Both the position numbers and the translations under genes were made by a program. This document shows, piece after piece, positions 21,101 to 30,400 of a DNA stretch of 36,953 nt. Source of the stretch: Craspedostauros australis (lineage: Eukaryota); assembly GCA_030167865.1 (NCBI GenBank), contig JALAGF010004526.1, positions 62,001 through 98,953 of the forward strand. The letters are read 5' to 3'. Under the pieces are notes generated by a model. It saw only the letters and a list, made by a program, of their open reading frames with translations. It was not told the DNA's origin and searched no databases. Within the stretch, counting starts at the first letter, position 1. The number at the start of each line of letters is the position of its first letter.

Positions 21101-22873
21101 GGCTGTGTGGCAAGCGCAAATGAAGCTCTTTGCGGCCACCAACACAGGACGTGGATTGCGTAAGTGAAGTCGTTCGTGACCTTGTTTCTTTGTGCATGCT
21201 GGCGTGTATGTGCTGATGCTTGTATGTGCATGTGCTGTTTGTGTGTCAGAACGGGATGGCGTTGATGTGTTTTGAAAGTGCTGAATAGTCGCAACTGTGA
21301 GGGCACTGGCTGACGGTCATTCTCAATCTCACTATTCCACTGTCCGTCTACATGCACACATGCGCATTTCGATCTACTCTCCTCAACTCTATTCCTCCCC
21401 GTCCACGTATCATGACCTCATTTCTGCACGCTCTCGACGGTATGCCAATCTATTCGTGCAGATGCCGACCAACCGACCTTGACACAGATGTTTCAAACCG
21501 ATGAAGACGAGAACAACCCACACAACACTGTGGGAAGTGTTGATGGTGGGGGTGGCAATGGCGGCAGTGGCGATAACGGTCCAACAACACTTGGAAACGG
21601 AAATGGCGAAGATTCGGAGATGCTTCAAATGCCAGACTTGGAAGCTGAGTGTGCGGCGGTCACGGATGCAGCGACAGGAAATCCATGCCTCGGCAACGAA
21701 CCTCCAAATACAATCACGATCGATGGGGATCAAGCAGTGGTGCCAAGCCGAATGGACCAAGAGCAGACCTGCGGCGTTATCGACAATTCCATCCCGCCAA
21801 CAGCTAGTGATGGGGTTATGGAGGATGTCCATGATGACGAGGTCGAAATATACGATCCTGACTTGGACACGACGGTGAGAAGGATCATGTTCAACCAGTC
21901 GCAAGCTGTGACGATCCATCCAAGCAGCAACGAGAGCCATGGCAACAATGCAAATGATACCAAGACGCCAAAGCGGAGCAACTTGTGGAGTGCGGTGACT
22001 GGGTCCGGAATGGAGACTCAACAATCGACGAAAGAGATTTGCGCCAATGCAAATCATGCTGCCGCCGTCGAGAATGACGTCGGAAGCAAGACGATCAACG
22101 ATGCCACCAACCACGACAGCAGGTATATGACGCCGCCACAGCAGCAACAATCGCAACAGCAGCAGCAGGAGAGCAACCACGAGGATCTCGTAGTGCCTCA
22201 GCAATCATTCCTGTGCGATTGGGACGCGCTGTTTGCCAGAGAATTCAGCTACAGTCCAGTCGCAAATCCAAAACCAAGCATCATCGAGCAAAAGTTGGAA
22301 CAGCATCGGCGGCAGCAGCAATCGCACCGACAACAGCAGCAGCAGCAGGATGCATCAGATGATGCACTGGATGGAGGTGGATTGACGCAGCTGATTGATA
22401 TCTTTGACGGGGATGAAACTGACTGCGATGAGAACAGCAGGAGCATCGTCATCAGAGACGATGACAACTCGAGATCCGAGAAGACCACGCTTGATGACAC
22501 AATGTCTCTGGGCTCTAACATGAAACGACCAGTGGAGATGTCCGAGTTGACGCAGCAAGGTCAAGCCCTTGCGCAACAAGTCCAGGATTCCGTCGAACAG
22601 GATTCGACCAAGTTGGAACTGGTGAATGCGGCATGTCCAGCATGGAAGGAAAATGTCGCATTTGCCATGCGTCAAGATGAAAAGGAGAGCGTGGCAAGCG
22701 CGTTGGCGCAAGTGACGGAGCAACGTCGATTGATGCTGGAACGCAAGGAACGCTTGCTCAGGATGTGGTCACAACAGGACACTACATTGGAGGTTTACGA
22801 ACGTGCTCTGAGCCTGTCATTGAATCGATTCCCAGCAAAGGAATGCAAAAGTGAGCATCACCCAACTAGCTAG
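18153..22873 (+). CDS. Large mostly low-complexity, probably nuclear protein (~1470 aa) with a DEK-C-like helical segment, a Cys cluster and coiled coils; exons 18153-21159 and 21462-22873
   Basis: Two long ORFs joined in frame by GTAAGT(21160)...GCAG(21461), giving L-H-A-D-Q-P-T-L-T-Q-M-F. DEK-C-like segment at 19719-19868, CALCTTCPCH at 20673-20702, and several basic NLS-like clusters. Function not identified. Confidence 0.75.
20319..20354 (+). repeat. 12-bp coding tandem repeat GCAGCAGTATCG x3 (AAVS x3)
   Basis: Three perfect copies visible in the sequence. Confidence 0.9.
21160..21461 (+). other. GT-AG intron (302 bp)
   Basis: Consensus GTAAGT donor just before the stop of the first ORF, and a CAG acceptor whose phase matches the 21479-22873 ORF. 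Confidence 0.78.
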
Positions 22874-23091
22874 GCGGGCTGCCCAAACAAGCAGACTTGA
22901 AATTTAGACACTTTACTTTGTCCCCTTGATTTTGGCGCTCAGTCGAATTCGTGTTGGGACCGACATCGAGCAAGACTTCGTCCTCCATGTCGCTCTGCGC
23001 TTTCTCCTTGCGCTGCATGGCACAAAGTGGTTTCGAGCAGAGTCCTGAAATGCTCTGTGGCGTTATTGCCACATCGCACCATTCTCTGCCA

Positions 23092-23691
23092 TCACTCGCT
23101 CTTGTTTGCGTCCTGCGATCTCTCCGCAGTATCTGTCTCGCTCTTTGCTACCGCACTCGCGAGTAGTATCTTAGAGTAGAGCACGTGTGGCGGGATGAGG
23201 ATGTTGATGTCTGCATTCGTGTGCTTCACGACAGAACCAAAGCTGTAGTCGACGCTGTGCCCATCTTCCGACAGCACGACCTTCATCCAGGTCTGCGTTC
23301 CCTCGGAATCCAAAATGATCTCACTCTCGTTCTCCTCCAGCACGCGAAACAATCCGTAACCGTACCTGTCGTCCGGATTGTTGCTGTTGGGCAGCGGCGG
23401 CAACGTGTACACATGACTCACTGCCCACAGCACCCAGGATTCCGGATAAAACGCAGCGCATGAGTAAAAGGAATCGGCGAAAGACCGAATGCCGTTCGGT
23501 GCAAAGGCTGGCTTCGCCGCTGGCACTGCTGACGCTGTCGACGATGGTGGTGATGATGATGGGGCTTCACCACGCCTCACAGTGAAGCAATCGATGTAAT
23601 CCCATTTCGCGCCATGCTTCTCCAGCAGCGAGCCCTTGGGCGCTGCGCACTGCCTGATTTTCTGAAAGATCCGGCGGGTATTGGATGACAT
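23092..23691 (-). CDS. Small hypothetical protein, DUF2867-like (~199 aa)
   Basis: ATG at 23691. DYIDCF, F.DSFY....FYPE, GLFRVLEENESEIIL and FGSVV...IPPHVLYSKILL resemble the DUF2867-type pattern from memory; not verified by search. Confidence 0.65.
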   Translation of the reverse strand: MSSNTRRIFQKIRQCAAPKGSLLEKHGAKWDYIDCFTVRRGEAPSSSPPSSTASAVPAAKPAFAPNGIRSFADSFYSCAAFYPESWVLWAVSHVYTLPPLPNSNNPDDRYGYGLFRVLEENESEIILDSEGTQTWMKVVLSEDGHSVDYSFGSVVKHTNADINILIPPHVLYSKILLASAVAKSETDTAERSQDANKSE

Positions 23692-24577
23692 GTTGGGTGC
23701 GTTCACTTCCTGGTTTTCGCTGCGTCGGTTCGAGAGTTGCGATTCTTCCCTCGTTGCCTTGATGTCTCTCTCGCCGGAGAGTAAGACAATCGATGATGGA
23801 TTTATGGACGAATGTGTCCGTACTCGTATTTGCCCTCTGAACATGTATCAGATGCGTCAACTGCATCAAGTGGGCTGCGTGTTTGCAATCACTTGTTCAT
23901 CCGTGCGCAGCATCAGCTTGATCCCACACTGTGCATGAGTCGTCAATGGCTACGCCCCTCTTCCTCCCTCTCCCTCCTTGTGGAGAACATTGAGCTCGTT
24001 CCACCTTCCACCTCCCATCGGCTCAGCTTCGCGCCTGTGACTCTTGATGTGGAGGCTTTGGCATGTTTGTGGGTGTGTTTGTGTTCGTGTTTGGGAAACG
24101 ACACAAAACGCGAATTCGCAAAGAGAAGTGTCGCAGTTGGCATCCACGACCCGAACCAGATTGATGTAACATCAATTCGAACGAGTCCACAGTGGAGGGA
24201 CATTGATGGTTAAATAGACGTTATTACTCGCCAATTTCTTCCACGAATTCACTCCACATGTCACAAAACAACAGAAAAATCAACGCAGGCAGATGCGGAC
24301 GAGACAGCATCGAAAGCGCAACAACTGCGGCACCACTTCCTCGTGTCAGTATCGTGTGTGGTGTGGCAGTAGGATCATATTCGTACCGCGAGTCATACGT
24401 ACACACCATCAACAATAGCGACATCCGCGTCTCTACTCTGACATCTCGTCTCAACAACTGAGCAACTCTCTGGAGTGTGCGACATCTGCGAATCAACGGA
24501 ACGAGCGAGACACTGAGTGCATTGATACCCGGTGGTCATTGGAACAAGCACGGGGGATCAGCAGTCGAAGCAGCAGC

Positions 24578-26659
24578 ATGGACAGCATGAGCAACGGTTC
24601 ATCCATCAGCGAGGATGACGAGGAGGCCAATCTAGATTGGCGCATGCACCCGTCCAAGAGTCTGAGCGACTTCACCCTGGAGATCGTCAACGACCGCACT
24701 GGCGATTCGTCGCTGTATCATGTCCATCGAGTCGTTCTGGCTGTGGGCCCGCGCAAATGTGGATACCTCCGCGATCTCATCCGTGGCCGCAAGAACGATG
24801 CCTCCAGCGCGTCGAATGGTTCGCGCGGATCTCGCAGCTCGAGAGCAACGCGAGAACCGAAGGGTGGTCCCAAAGAAGTCAACAGCTGCACCCTGACGAT
24901 GAATGAATACGCTTGTCATCTCATCCCGCAGTTCTTGGGATACGTGTATAATTCCAACGAATTCCAACTGACGACCGGCACGGCCGTTGGCATGTCCTAC
25001 CTTGCTCAGCTCTTCGTGCAGACCAGTTTGCAACAGGAAGTCAAGGCATTCATCCGCAACGATCTATCACTGCTCAACCTCACGAAGTACTACGAGGACT
25101 CCATCTACTTCGATCAGCAGGAAACGTCGACGCTGGTGGCGCGCCTGTGCGCAAAGGAGATACTGCACATCGACCCGTCCTCGCCGATTCTTTGGAAATT
25201 CACGCCGCATTTCTTCCTCATCATCGTGTCGTCGGCAGCACCGCACGTCTCCACCACCGCCGATCCTGAAGCAAGCCAGGCGCACTTGAGTCAACTGGTG
25301 GCATCGTTCTGCATCACCAATCGCGACAGACTGGACGGTGTCATGTTCGAGATGCTCACCAGCCGCGATCGGCTCCCCATTATCGAATTCAACGCTGCCA
25401 TCAAGCTGTTGGAAATTGAGGCCGATATCCGTCGCAAGAGCAAGCATCAGTTCACCACGACACCTTCTCTATCCCCATCGACGATCGATTGCAACGGAAA
25501 TACGAGCAATGGCGTCGTTTGCAAGGGCACCGTTGGTGGGACCAAGAACAGCAGCGCCGGCAAAGATTGCGCACCTGCAAACCAATTGACCTGCCTCCAA
25601 ACACGATGCGTGCGTGTCATCGTTCGCAACTGGAGGAACCTCACTGCCATCACGGTGGAAGGTCAAACGATCGGCAAGGTTCTCAACAAGTTGCCATCTT
25701 TCGTCACGAGCAGGATCTTTCAAGAATTCTTGACGAGATCTTCAGGTGCGCTGTCCGAAATGCAACAGACCATCGACCAGACCAAGCGTAGCGAGGCTCA
25801 GATCATGCAGGATCGCGATGCGGCTTACGAAAAGCTGGACTCAGCCGTCATGCGTGAGAAACGTCTGAAGGACTCCCTGGACAAAGGCAAACGTCGCGAA
25901 CGTCACATGGAAGGAGCGCTGCGAGAGTCCGAGGACCGCGAGCGGATGCTGGTGGAGAAGCTCGATTCGAATCAGGTGAAGTATCGTCGCGTGAAGGAAC
26001 TCCTGGAAGCATCACGCGTGCAGGAAGTTCAACTGCGGGAGACGTTGGAGACGTCACGCAACACGCTGAAGGCGGAGATTGCGGAGCAACGTATGGTGAA
26101 CGAGCGCATGCAGGAGGCGTTCCAAACGGAGAAGAAGGGGTGGGCTGATCAACGACGCGTTTGGGAGGAGGACAAATGGAATTGGGAGACGGAACGTCGC
26201 GAATGGGAGACGGTGCGAACCAAGTGGGAGAGGGACTTCGTGCTCGTGCAGCAAGAAATCCGGAAGCTGCACATGCAACAGCAGCCGAAGCAACAGCAGA
26301 CTCAGTATCGCCATGATCATAGTCAAAGTCACAGCCATGGTCACAGCCATAGCCAAAGCAACAGCCATTCACAGCAACATCAACAACAACGGCAACAAGC
26401 AGAGCAAGTGAGGGATGCACAATCCACATCGGAACGGCAGCCGCCTCCAGGCTATCATCGGCAACATCGCATCAGCGGCAACGAAGATGACGTGGAGCTC
26501 AACCCGCTCAGTGTCTCGAGCTTGGCGACATCCTATGCCTCGCGCTATTTTGAAGGATCCGTATTCTCTCGTTCCGTCACAGTGGAGAAAGGTGACTCGA
26601 AGTCACCCACCTCCGTCATCATGGATTACTCGCATGCCAGCAGCAGCTGGAGGAAATAG
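24578..26659 (+). CDS. BTB/POZ-domain protein with C-terminal coiled coil
   Basis: LDWRMHPSKSLSDFTLEI...YHVHRVVLAVGPRKCGYLRDL...FLGYVY is the BTB variant commonly seen in diatoms. Long E/K/R-rich helix and a Q/H/S-rich tail. Confidence 0.85.
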   Translation: MDSMSNGSSISEDDEEANLDWRMHPSKSLSDFTLEIVNDRTGDSSLYHVHRVVLAVGPRKCGYLRDLIRGRKNDASSASNGSRGSRSSRATREPKGGPKEVNSCTLTMNEYACHLIPQFLGYVYNSNEFQLTTGTAVGMSYLAQLFVQTSLQQEVKAFIRNDLSLLNLTKYYEDSIYFDQQETSTLVARLCAKEILHIDPSSPILWKFTPHFFLIIVSSAAPHVSTTADPEASQAHLSQLVASFCITNRDRLDGVMFEMLTSRDRLPIIEFNAAIKLLEIEADIRRKSKHQFTTTPSLSPSTIDCNGNTSNGVVCKGTVGGTKNSSAGKDCAPANQLTCLQTRCVRVIVRNWRNLTAITVEGQTIGKVLNKLPSFVTSRIFQEFLTRSSGALSEMQQTIDQTKRSEAQIMQDRDAAYEKLDSAVMREKRLKDSLDKGKRRERHMEGALRESEDRERMLVEKLDSNQVKYRRVKELLEASRVQEVQLRETLETSRNTLKAEIAEQRMVNERMQEAFQTEKKGWADQRRVWEEDKWNWETERREWETVRTKWERDFVLVQQEIRKLHMQQQPKQQQTQYRHDHSQSHSHGHSHSQSNSHSQQHQQQRQQAEQVRDAQSTSERQPPPGYHRQHRISGNEDDVELNPLSVSSLATSYASRYFEGSVFSRSVTVEKGDSKSPTSVIMDYSHASSSWRK

Positions 26660-27087
26660 ATGGTAGATCACTCGTGTGTTCTACTCGTATTATATTCAGT
26701 TGTATGCAAGCATTGCAATGCAAGGGCATCATTGAGTACTTGCGATCATTCCAGGACTGTGTAGCTAGATCGTAGATGGACCGAATTCGATTCTCTACCC
26801 TCGACATTCTATTGCAATTCTGACGACAGACGGACGGTACGAAAGACAACCAACAAAAACTGCAAAACAAGACCAAAACCGAAACAGGTGACGATGGTGA
26901 TTGCCGAAACCAACCAACACACACACAAACGTGAGAGAGCAGCATCAACGCAAGCAACAGTCGTGACAACCGGAACGACCACAACACCCACCAATCAGGA
27001 TCAACACCACCTTCTTGCCACCTTCCTTCTTTGCTGCTGCAGTATCACCTTTCGCCACAACGAGCTTCGAAGAGTATTGCAATCACC

Positions 27088-27480
27088 ATGTCAAACAATG
27101 ACTCGAAAAAGAACTCAACCTCGCGGTTGCCACCGGAGGTGAACCGCATTCTCTTCGTGCGCAACCTCCCGTTCAAGATCACAACAGAAGAGCTGTACAC
27201 GATATTCGGCAAGTACGGCGCTGTCTTTCAGATACGATTGGGCGACAAGGACAAGGACACGAAGGGAACGGCATTTGTTGTCTACGAGGACATTTACGAC
27301 GCCAAGGCTGCCGTAGATCATCTCAGCGGCTTCAACGTCGGTGGACGATACCTCATCGTTCTGTACTACCAGCCGGCCAAGTTCCAGAAACGAGTGCAGG
27401 CAGCGGAGAAGCAAGAGGAGCTGGAAGAATTGCGTCGCCAAGTCAAGGCGAAGAAGGCCAAGATGAAGGCTTCCAACTAG
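27088..27480 (+). CDS. SF3B6: U2 snRNP SF3b 14-kDa subunit (p14, RRM)
   Basis: RLPPEVNRILFVRNLPFKITTEELYTIFGKYG...TKGTAFVVYEDIYDAKAAVDHLSGFNVGGRYLIVLYY closely follows the p14 consensus. Confidence 0.97.
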   Translation: MSNNDSKKNSTSRLPPEVNRILFVRNLPFKITTEELYTIFGKYGAVFQIRLGDKDKDTKGTAFVVYEDIYDAKAAVDHLSGFNVGGRYLIVLYYQPAKFQKRVQAAEKQEELEELRRQVKAKKAKMKASN

Positions 27481-28206
27481 AAAATAGACAGAAGAGAGAA
27501 CACAGGGAGAGAGAGAAAATGAAAGAGAGTGGTGATGGGCAAACATCACACAGGCATACAATCGCATGTGATAGCATTTGATCTTGAGTATTTCTTTGCA
27601 TCCCTCGGTGGTGATGTGTTGGCACGGAGTACCGTACGCGTACGAATCTACTTCGCACAGCCGTATGTCTTTGATGTTCGAGTGCCACCATGGATTGGAA
27701 ACGAACACGAAGATGACACACACAAACACATACACGCACGGACTGTCACTTCGTCTGGCGTAATAAAAATGCGCGAAGACGTTGGTGTGGATGTTGACGA
27801 GAATGATACCAGCATGTGACAATGGTGTTCATACTACTCGTCTTGCCAGACAGCAGCAAATTGCTGAACCGCAGGGCGACACGGAGAGTGCTTCCTCGAG
27901 AGCATGAACGTCGTACAGTAACGCACCTTCAACACTACCAACTATTATACGATGCTCAGATGCGAGATCCCTTCCAAACCCCAGTCACCGTGGATAAATG
28001 CGAGTGTGCAACTGTGCAAATGAAGGAGACCAACAGTGGCGAACAAACAAGCAAATTGACAAATCAATGAATGCAGGAATCACTTTGGCGAAACAAAGCT
28101 TGAAGCAAAGAGAGATTCATTCGGCACCCATTAGATCCAAGAATAGTTGCCTCCTTTGGCAAAACCTTGCTGTGACTATTGACATCATCATCATGCTTGC
28201 TGGTCC

Positions 28207-28821
28207 TCAGGTATTGCTATCGTTCGATGGCTGCGTCCCAAGAAAGTGCTCCCACGATATCCACTCGCCTCGTCCTCCATAGTATTGATCCGGACACGAT
28301 GGAATGTAAGCATTGCGCTTCTCGCCCATCGCGATCCAATCCGTCCAATCCTCCTCGGTCTTCCACCTCCCAATTGCTTGCACCCATTTGCGACACTCGT
28401 CATACGGCAAGAATCGAGGCTTGGCCTTCAGAAAGCGCTTCTTATTCTCTTCCTCCAAACGTAGCTTGTTGACGCGCCATGATAGATCGTTGATGTGCTC
28501 GCCAGCGGGCGGGAAGTCTTCCTCCGAGAAATCAGAATTGGCAGCCAGCAACGCTTTGCCACGAATCGGAAATGTCCGTTTGATGCCGCGCGTACGGCTT
28601 CCTCTAATGATGTGTGGTGATGATGATGATGACGTCGCTGACTGTATCCTTCTACTGATCCCGTTGCGCAACGCGAAGCGTGTCGGCGACATCGGCTTCG
28701 CCACAAATGCGTCAACCACCGACGCCTGCATCTGCAGCAGATCAAAAGGAGCCGACAGTACCACCATGACGAAGGCAACAATCACCAACACCATTGCGGC
28801 GGGCCGCGACGACTTGCGCAT
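28207..28821 (-). CDS. Plastid-targeted protein (~204 aa) with a C-terminal Trp-rich 'integrase-repeat'-like module
   Basis: ATG at 28821 (alternative 28794). Hydrophobic signal peptide, VDA-FV cleavage motif and an S/R-rich transit peptide. C-terminal FLPYDECRKWV...EEDWTDW...IPSCPDQYY...GEWISWEHFLG resembles the phage-integrase repeat unit pattern. Confidence 0.75.
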   Translation of the reverse strand: MRKSSRPAAMVLVIVAFVMVVLSAPFDLLQMQASVVDAFVAKPMSPTRFALRNGISRRIQSATSSSSSPHIIRGSRTRGIKRTFPIRGKALLAANSDFSEEDFPPAGEHINDLSWRVNKLRLEEENKKRFLKAKPRFLPYDECRKWVQAIGRWKTEEDWTDWIAMGEKRNAYIPSCPDQYYGGRGEWISWEHFLGTQPSNDSNT

Positions 28822-29192
28822 TACGATTCGTCGACGATGCCGAGCGCCGATTCCACGGCCTCGCGTCCCTTGATCCTGTTGACGATCTTTCCGTTGATCA
28901 CGGCGTTGGGTCCGTAGCCGCATTCGCCTTGGCATTCGCAGTCCGTGACCTTGAATTGCGCCGCGAGATCCTTCTCGTCGATGACCTCGTTGATCAGCTT
29001 GAGAAGGCGCGGGCCTCCACCCGCGCGCTTGCAATCTTTGAAGCTGCACACCTCGACGGTCGTCTCCTCGGCATGCAGCGCCGTGATCGACCGTGCCGCA
29101 CCTGCGATGGGGGTGAACGCTGTCGTGCGCTGCGCAGCGATCACCAAGATCGAGGCAGCCACGACAAGCATCAAATTCAGTCGACATTGCAT
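28821..29192 (-). CDS. Plastid-targeted thioredoxin-like [2Fe-2S] ferredoxin (123 aa)
   Basis: Signal peptide + TTA-FTP motif + short transit peptide. VEVCSFKDCKRAG ... CECQGECGYGPN gives the Cx4C...Cx3C-GPN ligand pattern of TRX-like ferredoxins. Confidence 0.85.
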   Translation of the reverse strand: MQCRLNLMLVVAASILVIAAQRTTAFTPIAGAARSITALHAEETTVEVCSFKDCKRAGGGPRLLKLINEVIDEKDLAAQFKVTDCECQGECGYGPNAVINGKIVNRIKGREAVESALGIVDES

Positions 29193-30400
29193 GATTGATG
29201 GTCTTTCTTTCGTTGCGACGAGAATGTGTGGTCCCTGGGGGAGAGATGGATGGATAGATAACAGATAGAGAATGAGTGAATGAGAGAATGACGTTGGCAG
29301 TGATAATGGCCTTCCTCTTCTTGTTGTTGCGATTCTGCCGATGATTCTTTGGAACTTGATCGAACGTCATCCACTCGTACTCGTACAGTGCAGCCGCCAC
29401 ATCTTCCGCACTGTTGCAAACATGCGCGCCAACACCGAACATCCGCCATCAGCGACCTGCGTCATCGTCGGAATTGCTCCAAACACGATGAAGAAAAGAT
29501 GAGACGAGTTGGGACACGCTAGTTCCAAAATCGTATTGGAGCTCCAAGTCAGATCACGTGGGTCCTCATGAGAACAAATTGAATTGCTCATACGACACCA
29601 GGACTCACTGATTTGCATGAAACGCACAACAAGGACACAATGGATAGTGAATCCAGACAAGGTGCAAGATCAGACACCAATTGAGCATTCATGACAATTC
29701 GATCTTGCGTCTTGCCCATCATCATCTGCTCTGACACAATCAATCCTCCATCTGCAAGTGCATTACTTCCTTCTGTTACCTGCCAATACAACCAATCAGA
29801 TTGCAGGCCACACAAGAACAGAGAGGCTCTTCCTTGTTCTGAATCAGAAGATTCCGACCAGACTTCCATAGAGAAGATATGCATCAAGTGCATCTACAAG
29901 AGAAGGAGCTGCTTTGTTTGGTCTTACCAAAAGGCGCCTTATCCCATGGCTTTGCACGTTTACTTTTCTATGACTTCTCCAGCTGAACAAGTTCCCACCA
30001 TAATCCCTTCGATAGTAATTTACAACCTATTCAAATTAATACCAGTTCACATCGATCCTCTCTCTTCAGTTTCCTGCTTAAGTCTCAACAACAAACGGTT
30101 CATCAACCGGTTGAGAACAGGCCTTCGCTGGGAACGTGCCCCAAAAGCACGGAACATTCACTAGGGGAAATAACACGGCGATGTGCGTGGTAGATAAGGG
30201 CGTATAACTTTTGAAGCAAAGGTCGGATGAAGACCATTTTTATATGGATAAGATCGTACGGTGGTCTAGATTTGTTTTTATATGCCATTTTAAATTTTAC
30301 GATAATCTGATTCACGACTAGGCGCGACTGCACCATCGGTCACTCATACGGGTATTAGACTGTTCATTTCAAAGTGTCGATCGACTCGTTCGAGGGGCTC

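Noticed and set aside
15057-27480. Two spliceosomal genes (SLU7, SF3B6) within 12 kb as a functional cluster
   Set aside because: They are separated by unrelated genes, which is compatible with chance in a compact genome.
28822-29442. 411-aa ORF 28207-29442 taken as a single protein
   Set aside because: The part upstream of 28821 is an off-frame shadow of the ferredoxin gene and its 5' flank. The signal peptide begins only at MRKSS/MVLVIV, so the real start is 28821 or 28794.
29534-29547. TATTGGAGCTCCAA, which matches the LTR terminus and is palindromic
   Set aside because: Only 9 bp match the LTR end and there is no further similarity, so it is not a solo LTR.
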